Shown piece after piece: positions 37,501-50,317 of a stretch of DNA of 64,000 nt (positions are counted from its first letter, which is position 1; each line of letters opens with the position of its first letter). The notes under the pieces were generated by a model. It searched no databases. It worked only from the letters and a program-made list of their open reading frames with translations, and was not told where the DNA came from. The stretch spans positions 30,442,001 to 30,506,000 of the forward strand of contig OX597839.1 in NCBI GenBank assembly GCA_951406725.2. The letters run 5' to 3'. This stretch comes from Octopus vulgaris. Taxonomy: Eukaryota. A program made the position numbers and the translations under genes.

Positions 37501-40272
37501 TGTGAGATTCTTTCTCCATTTGTAACTGGAAGAGGATTTTTAAGAGATCGTTGTTCCTGTGTCTATACATCAACACAAACTCTGGTTTTTTAGTGAACAT
37601 CTTGAAATACTGCACAAGAATGTTACATTTTTCAGGCAACAGCGGAGAAGTCTTTTCAGGCCACTGACAGAGTGGAGGGGAAGGGGTCTAGAAATTAGAT
37701 TATTGTGACATAATAATGAAATTATTGTATACAGTGCTCAGGTGCACCACAACTTGTCAGAAAGTGCATATAAAGTACATGCAGTAATGTACAAATGTCT
37801 GGAAAGCGAACAGTGTATGAGTCAGATACATGCTTGTGTGTGTATGGAGGGGAGGAAATCAGGTGTAGTGTTGGCGAATCTCAGAAAGCATGGAAATTTT
37901 GAAGGATGCAGTGCTCCGACAACCAACAACTGATGCCGGCAGTTTGTTCCATGTTTCAGCAACTCTCAGCGTGTCATTTCTATTTTAGGGAGTCATTTCT
38001 ATTTCAGGCAGTCATTTCTATTTCAGGCTCCAATACACTGACAGACATAAGTGGAATTCCTTTACTCTCAAAATCTGAAGGAGAAAGTGTGTTGATCATG
38101 TTTGTTCATCAACATATTTCCCATGATCTTCATGTTGTTGACCCTTATTACTACATACAGACACCGAATTCCCTCACTCTATTAGTGCTTTTCAGAACAG
38201 GACACAGTGTTGCATTTTGATGGTGAGCCTGGCTTGTTTCTGGGTAAACATTCTCTCTTCTAAAGCTCTGAGTTGTCTGTCAGCTGATGTTTCCATTAAA
38301 ACGAGAGCTAAACATCTTCAGGGTGCCTTTGTTGAACAGTTTGTGGCATTTGTGTTCAATGTTTACATTAATGTGTTAAACATATCAATATGTTTACTAC
38401 TTATGTTCATATTAACAGGAGGGTAAACACAACCTTTCTTTTCTGGTTTTACACACAAACAAGTATGTGTGTGTGTCTGTATAAACATACAGAGTGCACT
38501 GAACCACAAATGAAGGATGAGCTAACGCAATATACTTGACAGTTAGGGGTAACAGAATTACCCCAAAAGTAATCTCTCTCTCTCTCTACACACACACAAG
38601 GAGTGCCAGGTATTTGTGAATGATGTTTACCCGGCCAGAAACGGAGGATGTGCAAATCTAATGTTTCACGATATGCACCAATTATTCCAACTTCCTTGTT
38701 TTTCTTTCAAACGTATTCAACAATATCAAAACATGGGATCCCAAACTGACAAAGGAAACGAGAAGGTCTGACGTGTTTGTGGCTTTATACACCAACCCCT
38801 GTGACCGAGGAGATCATTGGCGCCTTCAGTGTAGCTAGGTTCCAGGATTGGAAAGAGATGGAGGCATCTGATGGGGATGTGACAATTTAGTTTGTTGGTC
38901 AATTCCAGGACAAAATGAACATGTCCAGTGGATTGAAGCAAACCCTCATCACTGACCAGTCCAAGAAAGTTGAGTTTACAAGATTTGGTGTGAATCTTTC
39001 TGGACAGAGACAATGCTGTTGATATGCAGCGAGATGCAAGAACTGTGACCCCCCCCCCCACACCACCATCACAGGTTAAGTGGTCTCCAAGACATCCTGG
39101 ACTGTATGGTGGTTAAGGTATTCGGCTCATGATCGTAAGGTCATGAGCTCAATTCTTGGAGACGGATTGTGTCCTTGAGCAAGACACTTTATTTCACATT
39201 ACTTCAGTTCACTAAGCTGGCAAGAAACATAGGATTATGTACTCCCTGATTTAAAAAAAAATTATGGTGGTGGTCATGGCTGGAATGTCTTTGAACAGAG
39301 ATCTGCTCCATCAGGACCGACCCAGGTTTAAACAACAACAACAAGAACCTACCTATACTAGAGTTACGACTGCTGCGAGGTTTGTAGACAGTTACCAGTG
39401 GGAAAAAGATTTTGAGTTGAGAATAAAGCAGGGTGACATCTTTGCCCCGGAATATCTGAAGAAGAAGATGAAGAATAGATAAAAACAAATAGAATATGGA
39501 AGGTTACTATACAAAACAGGGATATTAACGATAAAAACAATGAATATCGAATTAGGCCCGAAGGCAGCAAAAGCTGTAGGAAGTCCCTATGGTTTTTGTG
39601 TAATGCTAAGGGAAGTAACTCAAATAAAGAACTAAAAGGCTGATAGGGCGATGGTGGTGGAGGAAGCAGTGCCAGTCATGGTGAGCGTCGGTAATGGGAA
39701 ACTGGCAGAGCTGGTAGAGTGAAGGAGAAGATGTCTCATGGAATTCGTTTCAACTCTCTGCATACTGAGTTCAAGTTGTTGTGAAGTGAATGTTGCCTTT
39801 CATCACTTCAGGGACAATAAAATATTGCAGCCATCCAAGGGAAGCGTTTTGCAGGAATTCGAACAGATTCGGACTAAAAGCCAGTATGAAACTGATATTT
39901 ATTTCACTGAAGTCGAAAGGATGAAAGGCAATGGGGACCTGGGTGGAATTTGAACTCTGAGCATGAAGAGAGATGAAATGTTGTTAAGCATTTTGTCTGA
40001 TGTGCAAACCATTCTGCCAGTCTGCTGCCATGACGACGATGACCATAATGATGATGATGATGATGAAGATGATGATAATAGTAATAATCCTTTTTACTGT
40101 AGGTACAAAGCCTGAAATTTGAGGGGGGGGGTAGTCAATTACACACAGACCCCAGTGTTCAACTGGTACTTATTTTATGGACTCCAAAAGGATGAAAGGC
40201 AAAGTCGACATTGGCAAAATTTGAACTCAAAATGTAATGATGTCTGTCAATGATTCTAGCAGCTTGTCACCT

Positions 40273-40315
<43 letters not shown>

Positions 40316-42488
40316 AAGAATGATTTCTATCTTTGGCACAAGGTCAGTAACTTCATAAGTCAAGTACATCGACCCCAGTATTCAAATGGTGGTCAACCTC
40401 AGTGGAATTTGAACTCAGAATAATAATAAAAATAATCCTTTCTAATATAGACACAAGGCCTGAAATTCTGAGGGTGGGGGATTATGGATTATACTGACCC
40501 CAGAATTCAACTGGTACATATTTTATTGACCCCAAAAGGATGAAAGGCAAAGTTGACCTTGGTGGAATTTGAACTCACAATGTTAAAATGGATGAAATGC
40601 CACTAAGCATTTCACCTGGCATGCTAATGATTCTGCCAGCTCAGTATTATGATGATGATGATTGTTCTTGGATGGTAGATTTGATCTCTCACCTGAGTTG
40701 ACACCACCTCCACCACTCTGGGTATCTTTTGTGGCATCCACGCTGTTGCAAACATTATGGTTGTTCTTTAATTTGGGGACAAATTCCTCCTTCTTGGAGA
40801 CTCAGGGAAACATAAAATGTCAGAAGTGCTGCTCTTCTATCTCTGACCAAATAGTGAAAAAAAAGAAACAAAACAAAACAAAAAGAAAAGAAACAAAAGT
40901 GTGTGCAAAGAGACAATGTCACTATTCAACTACTCACCTTAGCAACAAATGTGCCACCAGGTTTCAATACATGAGTTGTGATGTTGAGGGCCTGAAATAT
41001 TTTAGAGAAGTAAGAAATGGTTAAGACAACTGAAGAAGAAGAAGAAGAAGAGGGAGAGAGAAGGAAGTGGGGGGGGATAATGTTTAGGAGGTGCAAGAAC
41101 GAGTAAACCAGTTGAAATAATCCTCCAAATGAATGTAAGACATGTCTCCTTTTCATATCAGATGGACCAATGTCTTCGTCTTGACTGTTGCTTCTATTAT
41201 TGTCTTGGCTGTTCTATGCGCCTGTGAAATGTAACGAAAGCTGCAATCAAGATGTGGACATCAGGCTGACTAACATAAACAGGATACAGAATATAAATTC
41301 CTGATTTCAGCAGCAAAGAACTGAATGTAAGACATATTGGCCAATCACTCATTAGCATATTCAAAGAGGGTTTATGCAAATTTAGACATTTGCATATTGT
41401 TGGTCACCTACTGTGTACGCTGCTGGATGCCAGTACCCTCCAACCATTATACACGAGACTATGAAATTGGTGTGGGACCTATTTGTCAGTCAGGCAGACT
41501 AAGGCAAGTGGAATTAAGTCTCTTGTTCCAAACCACAATGTAGAGGGGGGGCAACTGAAAGAATTGAACTCATGACTGGCTGATTCGTGCTTCAATAATT
41601 ATAACGTTACTTTAGATGAAAATAGTTTAAAAAAAGTAAAGCAATCAACTCTTTAGAATTTAAACCAGCCATATCCAGCCTTTCACACCTATCCTACAAT
41701 GTTAGTCTAAATAGTAAACCATCACATTGTTGAAATCCTGAAGTTTCAAGACAAGGGAGGGTCAATTGAAAACAAGGGGAATAAATAAGCAGAACATTTG
41801 ACAGACGAGCAACCTTAAATGCTAAAGGGTTAAATATAATTAGAAATATTTAATTAGTAGATACATACGGCTAGAAGGAGTTGTGCTTGGATATATTCAT
41901 CAATATCATGAAGACCAGTGACTGAAAGGAAATGGAAAATTGGAATTGAAATTCTTGCAAGTAAAACAGATTTTTTTGGTACAAAAGACAGGAATCAACC
42001 AATAAATATTCCTCCTCAACAGAATCAATTGAACTTCACTGCATCGACCAGACTGTTGGATGTTGTTATACATCACTGGTCACAATGCACTTCCATCTTA
42101 GCCCAAATTCTTTAAAATTGTCTTCCCATCACTATTGGGGGGGGGGGGGCTTTTGAGTGGCCTTTCCAAATCTCTTGGGTGTCACTCAGTAACTGCACAA
42201 GGGCACCTGTTGTTGGTAAAACCTGCAACATGTCCATGCCCAACCCGTCGGAAGTTGTGCTTCCAATATTCTGCGATTATGTGGTTCTCCCTTTTCTATT
42301 CTTGAATTATTTCATTTTGGATTTGCTCTCGCAATATTTCCAACTGTATGTTGAGAAGTTTGCTTCGCAACCACATGGTTCTAGGTTCAGTCCCACTGTG
42401 TGGCACCTCAAGCAAATATCTTTTGTTATAGCCCTGGGCTGACCAAAGCCTTCTGAGTGGATTTGGTAGATGGAAACTGAAAAAAGCT

Positions 42489-42533
<45 letters not shown>

Positions 42534-45500
42534 TGTGTGTGTGTGTGTCTTTGTATGTTTACATACTCATAACTTAGCAGTTCAGCAAAAGCGACCGATA
42601 AAATAAGGACCAGGCATAAAAAAAATAAGTGCTGGGGTTGATTTTTCAGACTAAAATTCTTCAAGCTCCTGCCCCCACCACAGTCATGGTCTAATGACTG
42701 AAACAAACAAAAGATAAAAGTGGGATCTTTCCATGGCCCCTTTGTGTTGTAACCTAACAATGCTCATCCCTCTTTCTTGGCAGCCCACACCTCAGGTGCA
42801 TATGGAAGCAAAAGTAGGATGGAACTATTGGAGAGGTTGGCATGGAGGGTCTTGTCCAGCCTCCCTTTCTGCCGTTATTCCTCTCTGGGTCTAAATAGAT
42901 CTTATTAACGTCTCTTCTTGTCACCATTTTCTCAGAATAAGGAAGATTTGGTATAAACAGTCAACAGCATCAAATGAAGTCATGAAGAATTGATTTCGTT
43001 TGTGCCATATTCCAAGAAATGGTGAAAAAATGTGATGTTATTGGAAGTGAGTCAGAGAAAGATACAAGAAACGAGTCGGATGCAATGACACAAGTTGGAA
43101 GCAAAGACATAGTGAAGTTACGGCTCTCAACATAAGAAGCTATTTACCATCAGGGGCCCCATCGCACACAACCAGGTCTGCCTGTTCCCCTTCAAAATGA
43201 CTGATTATTTCTTCAGCTGTGGATTTCTGGCAAATAAAAAAGGGACAAAAAGAAAAACTTAATAACAATAAAAATTACAGGTTTTGTTTGATGTTGAAAA
43301 GTTCATTAGCAACTGAGACCATCTCGTTCCCAGTTTGATAATCTAATTAAAACTTCTTTTTAAGATATATCATCATCATCGTTTAACGTCTGTTTTCCAT
43401 GCTAGCATGGGTTGGACGGTTCTACTGGGGTCTGGGAAGCCAGGAGGCTGCACCAGGCACCAGTCTGATCTGGCAGTGTTTCTACAGCTGGATGCCTTTC
43501 CTAATGCCAACCACTCCGTGAGTTTAGTGGGTGCTTTTTACATGCCACTGGCACAAGGGCCAGAGGCAGCTGGCAACGGCCATGATCAGTTGGTGCTTTT
43601 TACATGTCACTGGCACAGACGCCAGTCAAGGCAGTGCTGGCATCGGCCACGTTCGGATGGTGCTTTTTATGTGCCACTGGCACAGGTATCACAACTACAA
43701 TTTCCATTTGATATATACATATATATACACACACACATATATATATATACTATATAAATGTAAGTGTATGTGGTTATGCAAGCATGTTTACCCCAAAAAG
43801 CCTTGAAAAGGTGCATCCTCAAGAAAAGCAAATTTGAATCTCAAATTCTTCATCTCCCAATGTTGTTCATAAATAATAATAAAAACACATAATTATACTC
43901 TCGGCCCATCTGTCACAACATCCTCCAGTCACTCTGTTTAGTTTCCAATACTGATGCCTTCTTCTTACCTTTGTGATGTCCCCTTGTATTTGAGTGACCC
44001 CAGGTATTGGTGCCATTGCTTGAAGATCAACTGCCACGATCTTGGTATCGGTCTCGCCATCACTGGAATTGCCCCTTTTAGAGAAAAACAAGTTTACAAT
44101 AAAAACACACTGGAAAGTCATTATGAAGGACATTTTTTTGTAATGTTGTTGATAACAAATGTTTACTTTCTATGCTGGCCTCAGCTGGACAGGTCAACAG
44201 GATCCAACAAGCCTGGAGGATCATGCCTTGCTCCCATGTTTCAGTTTGGGTTGGGTTTCTATAGCTGAATGTCCTTGTTTATGCTGACCCCTTTTCAGCA
44301 TATAATGTGTGCTTTTGAATTTAGAAGGACAAGATGCCATTATTTTCTCTGGTGTGTTAATGATTCTGCCAGCTCACCATGAAATATTGGTCAATAAAAG
44401 ATGACCAAGCAATGCTTCCTATAGTTTTTCACAATTTCTAACTTAAAAACAGCGTTTTTTTTTCATAAAAGTGTTCCTGTGAAACAGATCAGTGATTGTT
44501 TGATTATCTCCAAGCAAGAGAACAATACAAAAAAAAATCACAAAGTTAAAAAGATTGTGAAGCACAGACTGAAATAATAAGTAATTAAGTTGTCCATAAT
44601 TATAAAATTACACTTGAATGAAACTAGACCAAACCTGAGCTTTTTGGACAGGACTTGACTCCAGCTGCCCGGGGCAGCACAAAGATCAACAACCTTCTGA
44701 ACACCTATAAAGAAAGAATATAATTTAAAGTTATTATAATGGAATATGAGAAAATTTTGTAATGGTTGACATTTATCAAATATTTTTATACACACATCAT
44801 ATACATATAAATATATATATACACATATAAATTTACACATACACAAATCTTATCCATTTATATGCATGTCATATACATACATACACCATATATACACACA
44901 TCTGGCCATCTAAGTCCCTAGAATGCAACCCCCTTGATTATTATGTGTAGGGTGCAGTTGAGTGAGAGACCAACAAAACTCCTTGTAACACCAAGGATGA
45001 AGGCAAGGATTATGGCAGCATTCACCAACTTAAACAAGGAGACTGTCCAGAAGAGTTGCAGGAGATTCCAAAGTTGTCTGGAGGCCATGGTTGAAACCAA
45101 TGGTGATTTTATTGAATAAATTTACTCTTTAGTATTTCAAGACATTTTAAAGTAATTTTGGTAAATATATGTTAAAATGAGATGTCAGTGTTATTTTCAT
45201 TTTTGCGTAATTTAGACAATATATTCACAGCACTCTGTGTTTGTGTGTGTGCGTGCATATATATATATATATATATATGTGTCATCCACACCGTCTTGTC
45301 GTTTAACGTCCATGTTCCATGCTGGCATGGGTTGGACAGTTTGACTGAGGACTGGCGAGCCAGGAGGCTGCACCAGGCTCCAATCTGATCTGGCAAAGTT
45401 TCTACAGCTGGATGCCCTTCTTAATGCCAACCATTCCAAGAGTGTTGTGGGTGCTTTTACGAGGGCCAGTCAGTTGGTTCTGGCAACGACCACGCTCAAA

Positions 45501-46398
45501 TGTTGTATTTTCACATGCCACTGGCACATGTGCCGGTAAGGTGACGCTGGCAATGATCACACTCGAATGGTGCTTTTTATGTGCCACCGGCATGGGGGGG
45601 GGGGGGACAATCAGCGGGCCCTGACAACAATCATGCTCTGTTGTGCTTTTAACATCCCACTGGCACAAGTGCCAATCAGGCGGCACCGTTATTGGCCACG
45701 TCAGCTATTGAGATTTTGTGTATATATATATATATATCTGTATATATAGGTGCAGGTGTGATTGTGTGGTAAGAAGTTTGCTTTCCAACTCCATGGTTTC
45801 AGGTTCAGTCCCACTGCATGGTACCTAGGGCAAATGTCTTCTACAACAGCCTCAGGCTGGCCAAAGCTTTGTCAATGGATTTGGTATATGGAAACTGAAA
45901 GAAGTTTGTCTATATTTGTGTGTCTTTGTGTCAGTGTTTGTCCACCACCACTACTTGACAACTGGTGTTGGTGTGTTTACATCCCCACAACTTGTCAGTT
46001 TGACAAAAGGGACCAAAACAATAAATACCAAGCTTTAAAAAGACTCCTAGTGCCAATCCATTCGACCAAATGTCCCAGCATGACTGAAACAAGTAAAAGA
46101 TAGAAGACACATATATCATCATCATCATTGAAAATGTTTCTCTGTTGTTTGCTGTTACTTTAAATGTGGGTCAAAATGTTGGCTGGGCCCATTTACTCCC
46201 TCAAACAAAAGCAGTAAATTGAGTTGTCTTCGCACAAGACTGTCCTCTCATCCTAAGATATGAAACAGGGCACTTACCATCAAAGATCTTGAAGTCATCA
46301 TTGATCTGGAGTAATTTGAAAGCACTGCGAGCCCGCCAACCTTCCTCTTTTGCTAAACGGTAATAAACATCTCGCTTGTCTTTTGATGAACGTCCCAT
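34402..46398 (-). CDS. FTSJ1: tRNA (cytidine32/guanosine34-2'-O)-methyltransferase FTSJ1/TRM7; 10 coding exons, 972 nt, 323 aa
   Basis: join(-): 46278-46398, 44635-44704, 43969-44074, 43148-43226, 41869-41921, 40938-40991, 39353-39455, 37013-37096, 35400-35503, 34402-34599; all GT-AG and phase-compatible; motifs [54 protein letters not shown] (K-D-K-E tetrad). Confidence 0.97.
35400..35503 (-). CDS. FTSJ1: FTSJ1 coding exon 9 ([35 protein letters not shown])
   Basis: gcAG acceptor, GTAAGT donor, 104 nt. Confidence 0.95.
35762..36012 (-). mobile_element. Family B RTE-tailed repeat
   Basis: (CAT)n then ttttctatgctggcatg..ggtttgacag..ctggatgcccttcct. Confidence 0.7.
36690..36910 (+). mobile_element. 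Family B RTE-tailed repeat with a local 21-bp duplication
   Basis: cacccggtggcacataaaggg twice; family B tail; (GAT)n. Confidence 0.75.
37013..37096 (-). CDS. FTSJ1: FTSJ1 coding exon 8 ([28 protein letters not shown])
   Basis: tttgcAG acceptor, GTAAGT donor, 84 nt. Confidence 0.95.
37730..37973 (-). mobile_element. CR1/L2-clade LINE 3' end remnant
   Basis: [28 protein letters not shown] matches the RV..WN.LP..VV...S...FK ORF2 C-terminal motif. Confidence 0.7.
39353..39455 (-). CDS. FTSJ1: FTSJ1 coding exon 7 ([34 protein letters not shown])
   Basis: cttcttcAG acceptor, GTAGGT donor, 103 nt. Confidence 0.96.
39700..40645. mobile_element. Array of about 5 SINE family C copies (one +, about four - in tandem) separated by (GAT)n/(AAT)n
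   Basis: Repeated aaaggatgaaaggcaaag..gac..tgg.ggaatttgaactc blocks. Confidence 0.75.
40938..40991 (-). CDS. FTSJ1: FTSJ1 coding exon 6 ([18 protein letters not shown])
   Basis: tttcAG acceptor, GTGAGT donor, 54 nt. Confidence 0.96.
41645..41833. mobile_element. piggyBac-type MITE
   Basis: tcaactctttagaatttaa / ttaaatgctaaagggttaa, a degenerate pair of TTAACCCTTTAGCATTTAA ends. Confidence 0.65.
41869..41921 (-). CDS. FTSJ1: FTSJ1 coding exon 5 ([18 protein letters not shown]); not in the ORF track
   Basis: tttcctttcAG acceptor, GTATGT donor, 53 nt. Confidence 0.96.
42015..42345 (-). mobile_element. Degenerate RTE-type LINE 3' coding remnant
   Basis: [26 protein letters not shown] resembles the RTE WAGHVAR..DNRW...TEW.PR..KRP motif. 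Confidence 0.55.
42350..42718 (+). mobile_element. SINE family A
   Basis: Colinear with family A. Confidence 0.8.
43148..43226 (-). CDS. FTSJ1: FTSJ1 coding exon 4 ([26 protein letters not shown]); not in the ORF track
   Basis: tttgccAG acceptor, GTAAAT donor, 79 nt. Confidence 0.96.
43370..43710 (-). mobile_element. Family B RTE-tailed repeat
   Basis: Reverse complement of the family B 3' region. Confidence 0.8.
43969..44074 (-). CDS. FTSJ1: FTSJ1 coding exon 3 ([35 protein letters not shown])
   Basis: tttttctctaaaAG acceptor (AAG), GTAAGA donor, 106 nt. Confidence 0.93.
44635..44704 (-). CDS. FTSJ1: FTSJ1 coding exon 2 ([24 protein letters not shown])
   Basis: ctttatAG acceptor, GTTTGG donor, 70 nt. 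Confidence 0.96.
44902..45232 (+). mobile_element. Tc1/mariner-superfamily (maT-like) transposon 3' remnant
   Basis: [15 protein letters not shown]...[39 protein letters not shown]. Confidence 0.75.
45298..45715 (-). mobile_element. Family B RTE-tailed repeat
   Basis: Reverse complement of family B. Confidence 0.75.
45748..46102 (+). mobile_element. SINE family A
   Basis: Colinear with family A. Confidence 0.8.
46278..46398 (-). CDS. FTSJ1: FTSJ1 coding exon 1 ([40 protein letters not shown])
   Basis: ATG at 46398, GTAAGT donor, 121 nt; upstream acceptor tcttttcttAG at 46424-46423 implies a non-coding upstream exon. Confidence 0.97.
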
Positions 46399-48630
46399 CC
46401 TTCAACAGATGATAGTTGTGTCCTAAGAAAAGATATACAGTAAGATAACTTGGAATTTGGGAACGCTGCAAAAGACATGATGACATATTCTTTAAAGTAG
46501 TTGCAATCATTAAACTGGAGAGCTATGCTGGAGCAGTGACTTGTGAAGTTCTGTACTTCCCCACCCGGTACTTGGCAATTTATTTTATTGACTGGCCAAA
46601 GATAACATGGCTGCTTGTAACAGAACAAAAGTACATAAAACAAAGTACTTTTGTATATACATGTGAGTGTGTGTGTGTAAGATGATCATCATCCTTTAAA
46701 GTCTGCTTTCCATGCTGGCATGGGTTGGACAGTTTGACAGGAGCTGGATAGCCAAACAGCTGTCCAGATTCCAACTGTCTGTTTTGGCATGGTTTCTATA
46801 GTTGAATGCCCTTCCTAATGCCAACCACTGGGTGCTTCATACATGGCAACAGGATGATGTTCTTAATATTGTATTTGAACATCTCTGTTCTGTTAACACA
46901 ACAGATTGCCTTTGCACTGTTTTACAATGTCTCTCGTTAATCAAACCCCAAAGTATTGTTGGCAGGTTTTGCTTTCTTTTTTCGAAAAAAGGAAGTTGAA
47001 CTGGAAAGAGGAAATGCAAAGTTTGCATTGGTGTTTAACTCCAAGTCAATGCTGATCAGACTTATGATCAAAAGCGTTCTAACCATGACCAAAGCCTTTT
47101 ACTACAGAAACCAGATATATCCACTCAAAATTGTATTACCTTTAATTGCAAAAAAAAAACCAGTTTTATATACCAATTTATCCTTTGTTAAAGAATGTCA
47201 TTTTTGAAATTATATTTTTGTAGACATACATAAAATTTTTTGAGGCAACACAACTTGCAGAAAATATCAATTCTATTTTTTGGTTGATATTTAATCTCCT
47301 TACTTAATTAACTCTAAAATTTAATTTCATAGTTAAAGAGTTAATATACCAAGGACATTTTTCAAGCATTTCATGTGACTTAGCTGGTATTTCTAGCAGA
47401 TCGAATAACCTGTGGTATTCATTAGTGACGATAGTAGAGTGAAGTAACTTCAACTGGAACTGCGAGATTTCTCTTCACCAAATATTTCAGACACGCACTT
47501 TACACCTGGCAGGGGCAACATTATTCGAAAAGGGGTCCGCATGAGACGTGGCTCATCATCAAACTGGCTGCACTCCAAAAAACTATTCAATGTAATTTTT
47601 CGTTGGTGGGCCATTCCGAAAGTCCCGTGGTTCGCACTTTGTCCATGGTTGCTTTAAACATAGAATTGAGTTCAATGGAGTCGTTGCTATTTAATAGAAT
47701 CAGATCAGTCATCAATACCATAAATCGAATTCTGATCTATTGTAGTTACCATTCTGTTGTTCTAATTTTAAGCAAAATTTTTGTATACTTTGCTTCTTTG
47801 TTTTGTTGAAATCGAGATGGAAGATAAATAAAAATGACAGGAATTTGTAGAAGAGGGAAATGAGCGCGGAAAATGGTAATACGAGTTCTGGAAACTTGAA
47901 CGACAGGTGTAAAGTGTTGCAGAGTAAAGTTAATAGGTGCGAGTCTCTCTGGGGTCATCGAGCCCCATGGATTATAAGTTAAGGATCAAAAACAGCAAAG
48001 GCCAGAACAATCACAAGAGAGATAAATAACAATTCTTACGATAGGTTTTACGGGTTAGAGTTGATGACACTCAGAACGTTGAAAGTAATTTGAATAAAAA
48101 TCGATTCCTCAAAAACCGATGGCATGGTCATGGTTGGAAATTTACAGTTGCATTGAAATATCTTGACTCATGTGTAAAACAAACAGTGAAGCAGTCAAAT
48201 ATTTGTTTTCAAATATGTTTCGGACCGTATAAGTGTATTTTATGAGGACAGACTCAGCGTTAACCATCAATTATAGAAACCCGTCCAATATATCTCATAA
48301 AAGCTGTCTTTGTCTGCTGATCACTTAAACACCCGTAAATACAACAAATGCCATATTTCATTTTATATATAACCTCATATATTCACATACACGAAATGTT
48401 ATTAAATATTTGAATTAATTTACTTTAATTAATCACTTCTGATTGATTGGAGCTGGATTTCGTTAATTGAAAATCTCGTCAGTGATAAAGGAATAAAATA
48501 ACAAAGGACTATGAAAAATACAATTATATAAAGGTCAGACATAACCTTTCAGATAGAAACTAACCGAATTAAATAAAAACAATTATTTCTGTTAATTAAA
48601 CAAATACAAATTAAATAAAGAGAAACATAC

Positions 48631-48725
48631 CTTGAGGTCTTTCATAGATATGGGCGGTGAAGTATAAGAAATAGTCCCTCCTGAAAATATTACAAGTGAA
48701 AGTAACGGCGTCACACTGCAACGCA
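48631..48725 (-). promoter_or_regulatory. Candidate non-coding first exon / 5' end of FTSJ1
   Basis: Good donor AAG|GTATGT at 48631/48630 in a repeat-poor, CpG-retaining stretch; start site not determinable. Confidence 0.35.
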
Positions 48726-49439
48726 ATGGGAAATGCTGAAAACTGATGTCAAAGATGTGTTTTTTTGTTTGTTTGTTTGACATTGGGGGAAGGCCCATGA
48801 TGTATATTTTCTAGACTTTTAAGTGTGTTTAAGTGTAATTATCTCATGGAAGAATTAGGCAATGAAAATTAGGGAACTTAACCCTGATCATTTGTAGGTA
48901 AAATATTTATTCTTAATTTAACACCCCAGTATGATGTTTATTGCTATGCTGGGCGAGCTGAGGAGATTATCAAAGCCTTGCATATCAGCTAAATCTTTCA
49001 GTTACCTTATCTTCCACTGGTCTTGTCTAGTTGTTCCACAAAGGTCAGTAACTTCCTTTTCTTCCTCTACAAATGAACAAAGGATCGACCATGCCTGGTT
49101 TTTCTGTCTTCCCATGTATTATGGTTTTATGATGTTCCTCTAGTTTTACTTTCAGGTGACGACTGAGTTGTTCACCTTATATCTATTGCCACATCTACAT
49201 AGAATGAAATACAAAACAGTTCTTGGCAATGATCTCTTCTGATGGCCCATGATGGTTATTTCATTCCATAACAGAGCTACCTCTGATGAGTGCAGGGTTA
49301 CATAATCAGACTGTAACCCAACACTCTATTGAACCCCTAATGTGAAACTGACCAGTTAGATTGGCCGTAATGGATATATAATACTGTACACTTTGATATA
49401 TATATATATATATTGAGCCCCGTGTTAGTAGGGTGTGAA

Positions 49440-49678
49440 GAGCACCATCCGAGCGTGATCGTTGCCAGTACCGCCTGACTGGCCCTCATGCCGGTGGCAC
49501 ATAAAAGCACCCACTACACTCTCGGAGTGGTTGGCGTTAGGAAGAGCATCCAGTTGTAGAAACTCTGCCAGATCAAGATTGGAGCCTGGTGCAGCCATCT
49601 GGTTCGCCAGCCCTCAGTCAAATCATCCAAACCATGCTAGCATTGAAAGCAGATGTTAAACAATGAAGATGATGATGA

Positions 49679-49682
<4 letters not shown>
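49440..49682 (+). mobile_element. Family B RTE-tailed repeat
   Basis: Colinear with 21350-21543. Confidence 0.8.
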
Positions 49683-49720
<38 letters not shown>

Positions 49721-50317
49721 ATATATTGTCTATGTTTCATATATCCTAAAAGGAAGCACACTCTAACACATAGAGGCATCCATGTGGCTCAGCCCTTTAT
49801 GGATGCAAAACCATTGCTCACTCTATGAGCAGACATAGACTTGACTGTATATAAATATACATAAATATACACATACAAGCATACATACATACATACATAC
49901 TTACATTCATTGATGGGGCAAGTGTACACTGAACTCGCATTCGTCGATGACCTGCTGCAATCAGTGGATTGCTGGCAGAGAGACTAAAAGTCCTGAATGT
50001 CAGTTTCCTTACCTTTGCTATTTAATAAATTTAATCCTCTCTTCCCTCATTCTTTTGTCATCTCATGGGGTTTGTCTGCATATATAAAGAGCACTCAGTA
50101 CACTCCGTAAAGTGGCTGGCATTAGGAAGGGCATCGAGCCGTAGAGGCCAGGCTACAGCCACCGGTCACTACAGTACTGTGGATCATTTCATATGGCGTT
50201 GCACAGAAAGAATAAATTTTTCTACAGTGTTTTTGCATTACATATATACTCCATATATATGTAATGTATGGAGTACATATAGAACATCCTTTTCTAAGGA
50301 TATTCCTTAATTCCCCC

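Noticed and set aside
34600-46277. Intronic box C/D snoRNAs in FTSJ1
   Set aside because: No convincing C-box/D-box pair with a terminal stem seen by eye; the TGATGA hits come from (GAT)n tails. A snoscan or Infernal run would be needed to exclude them.
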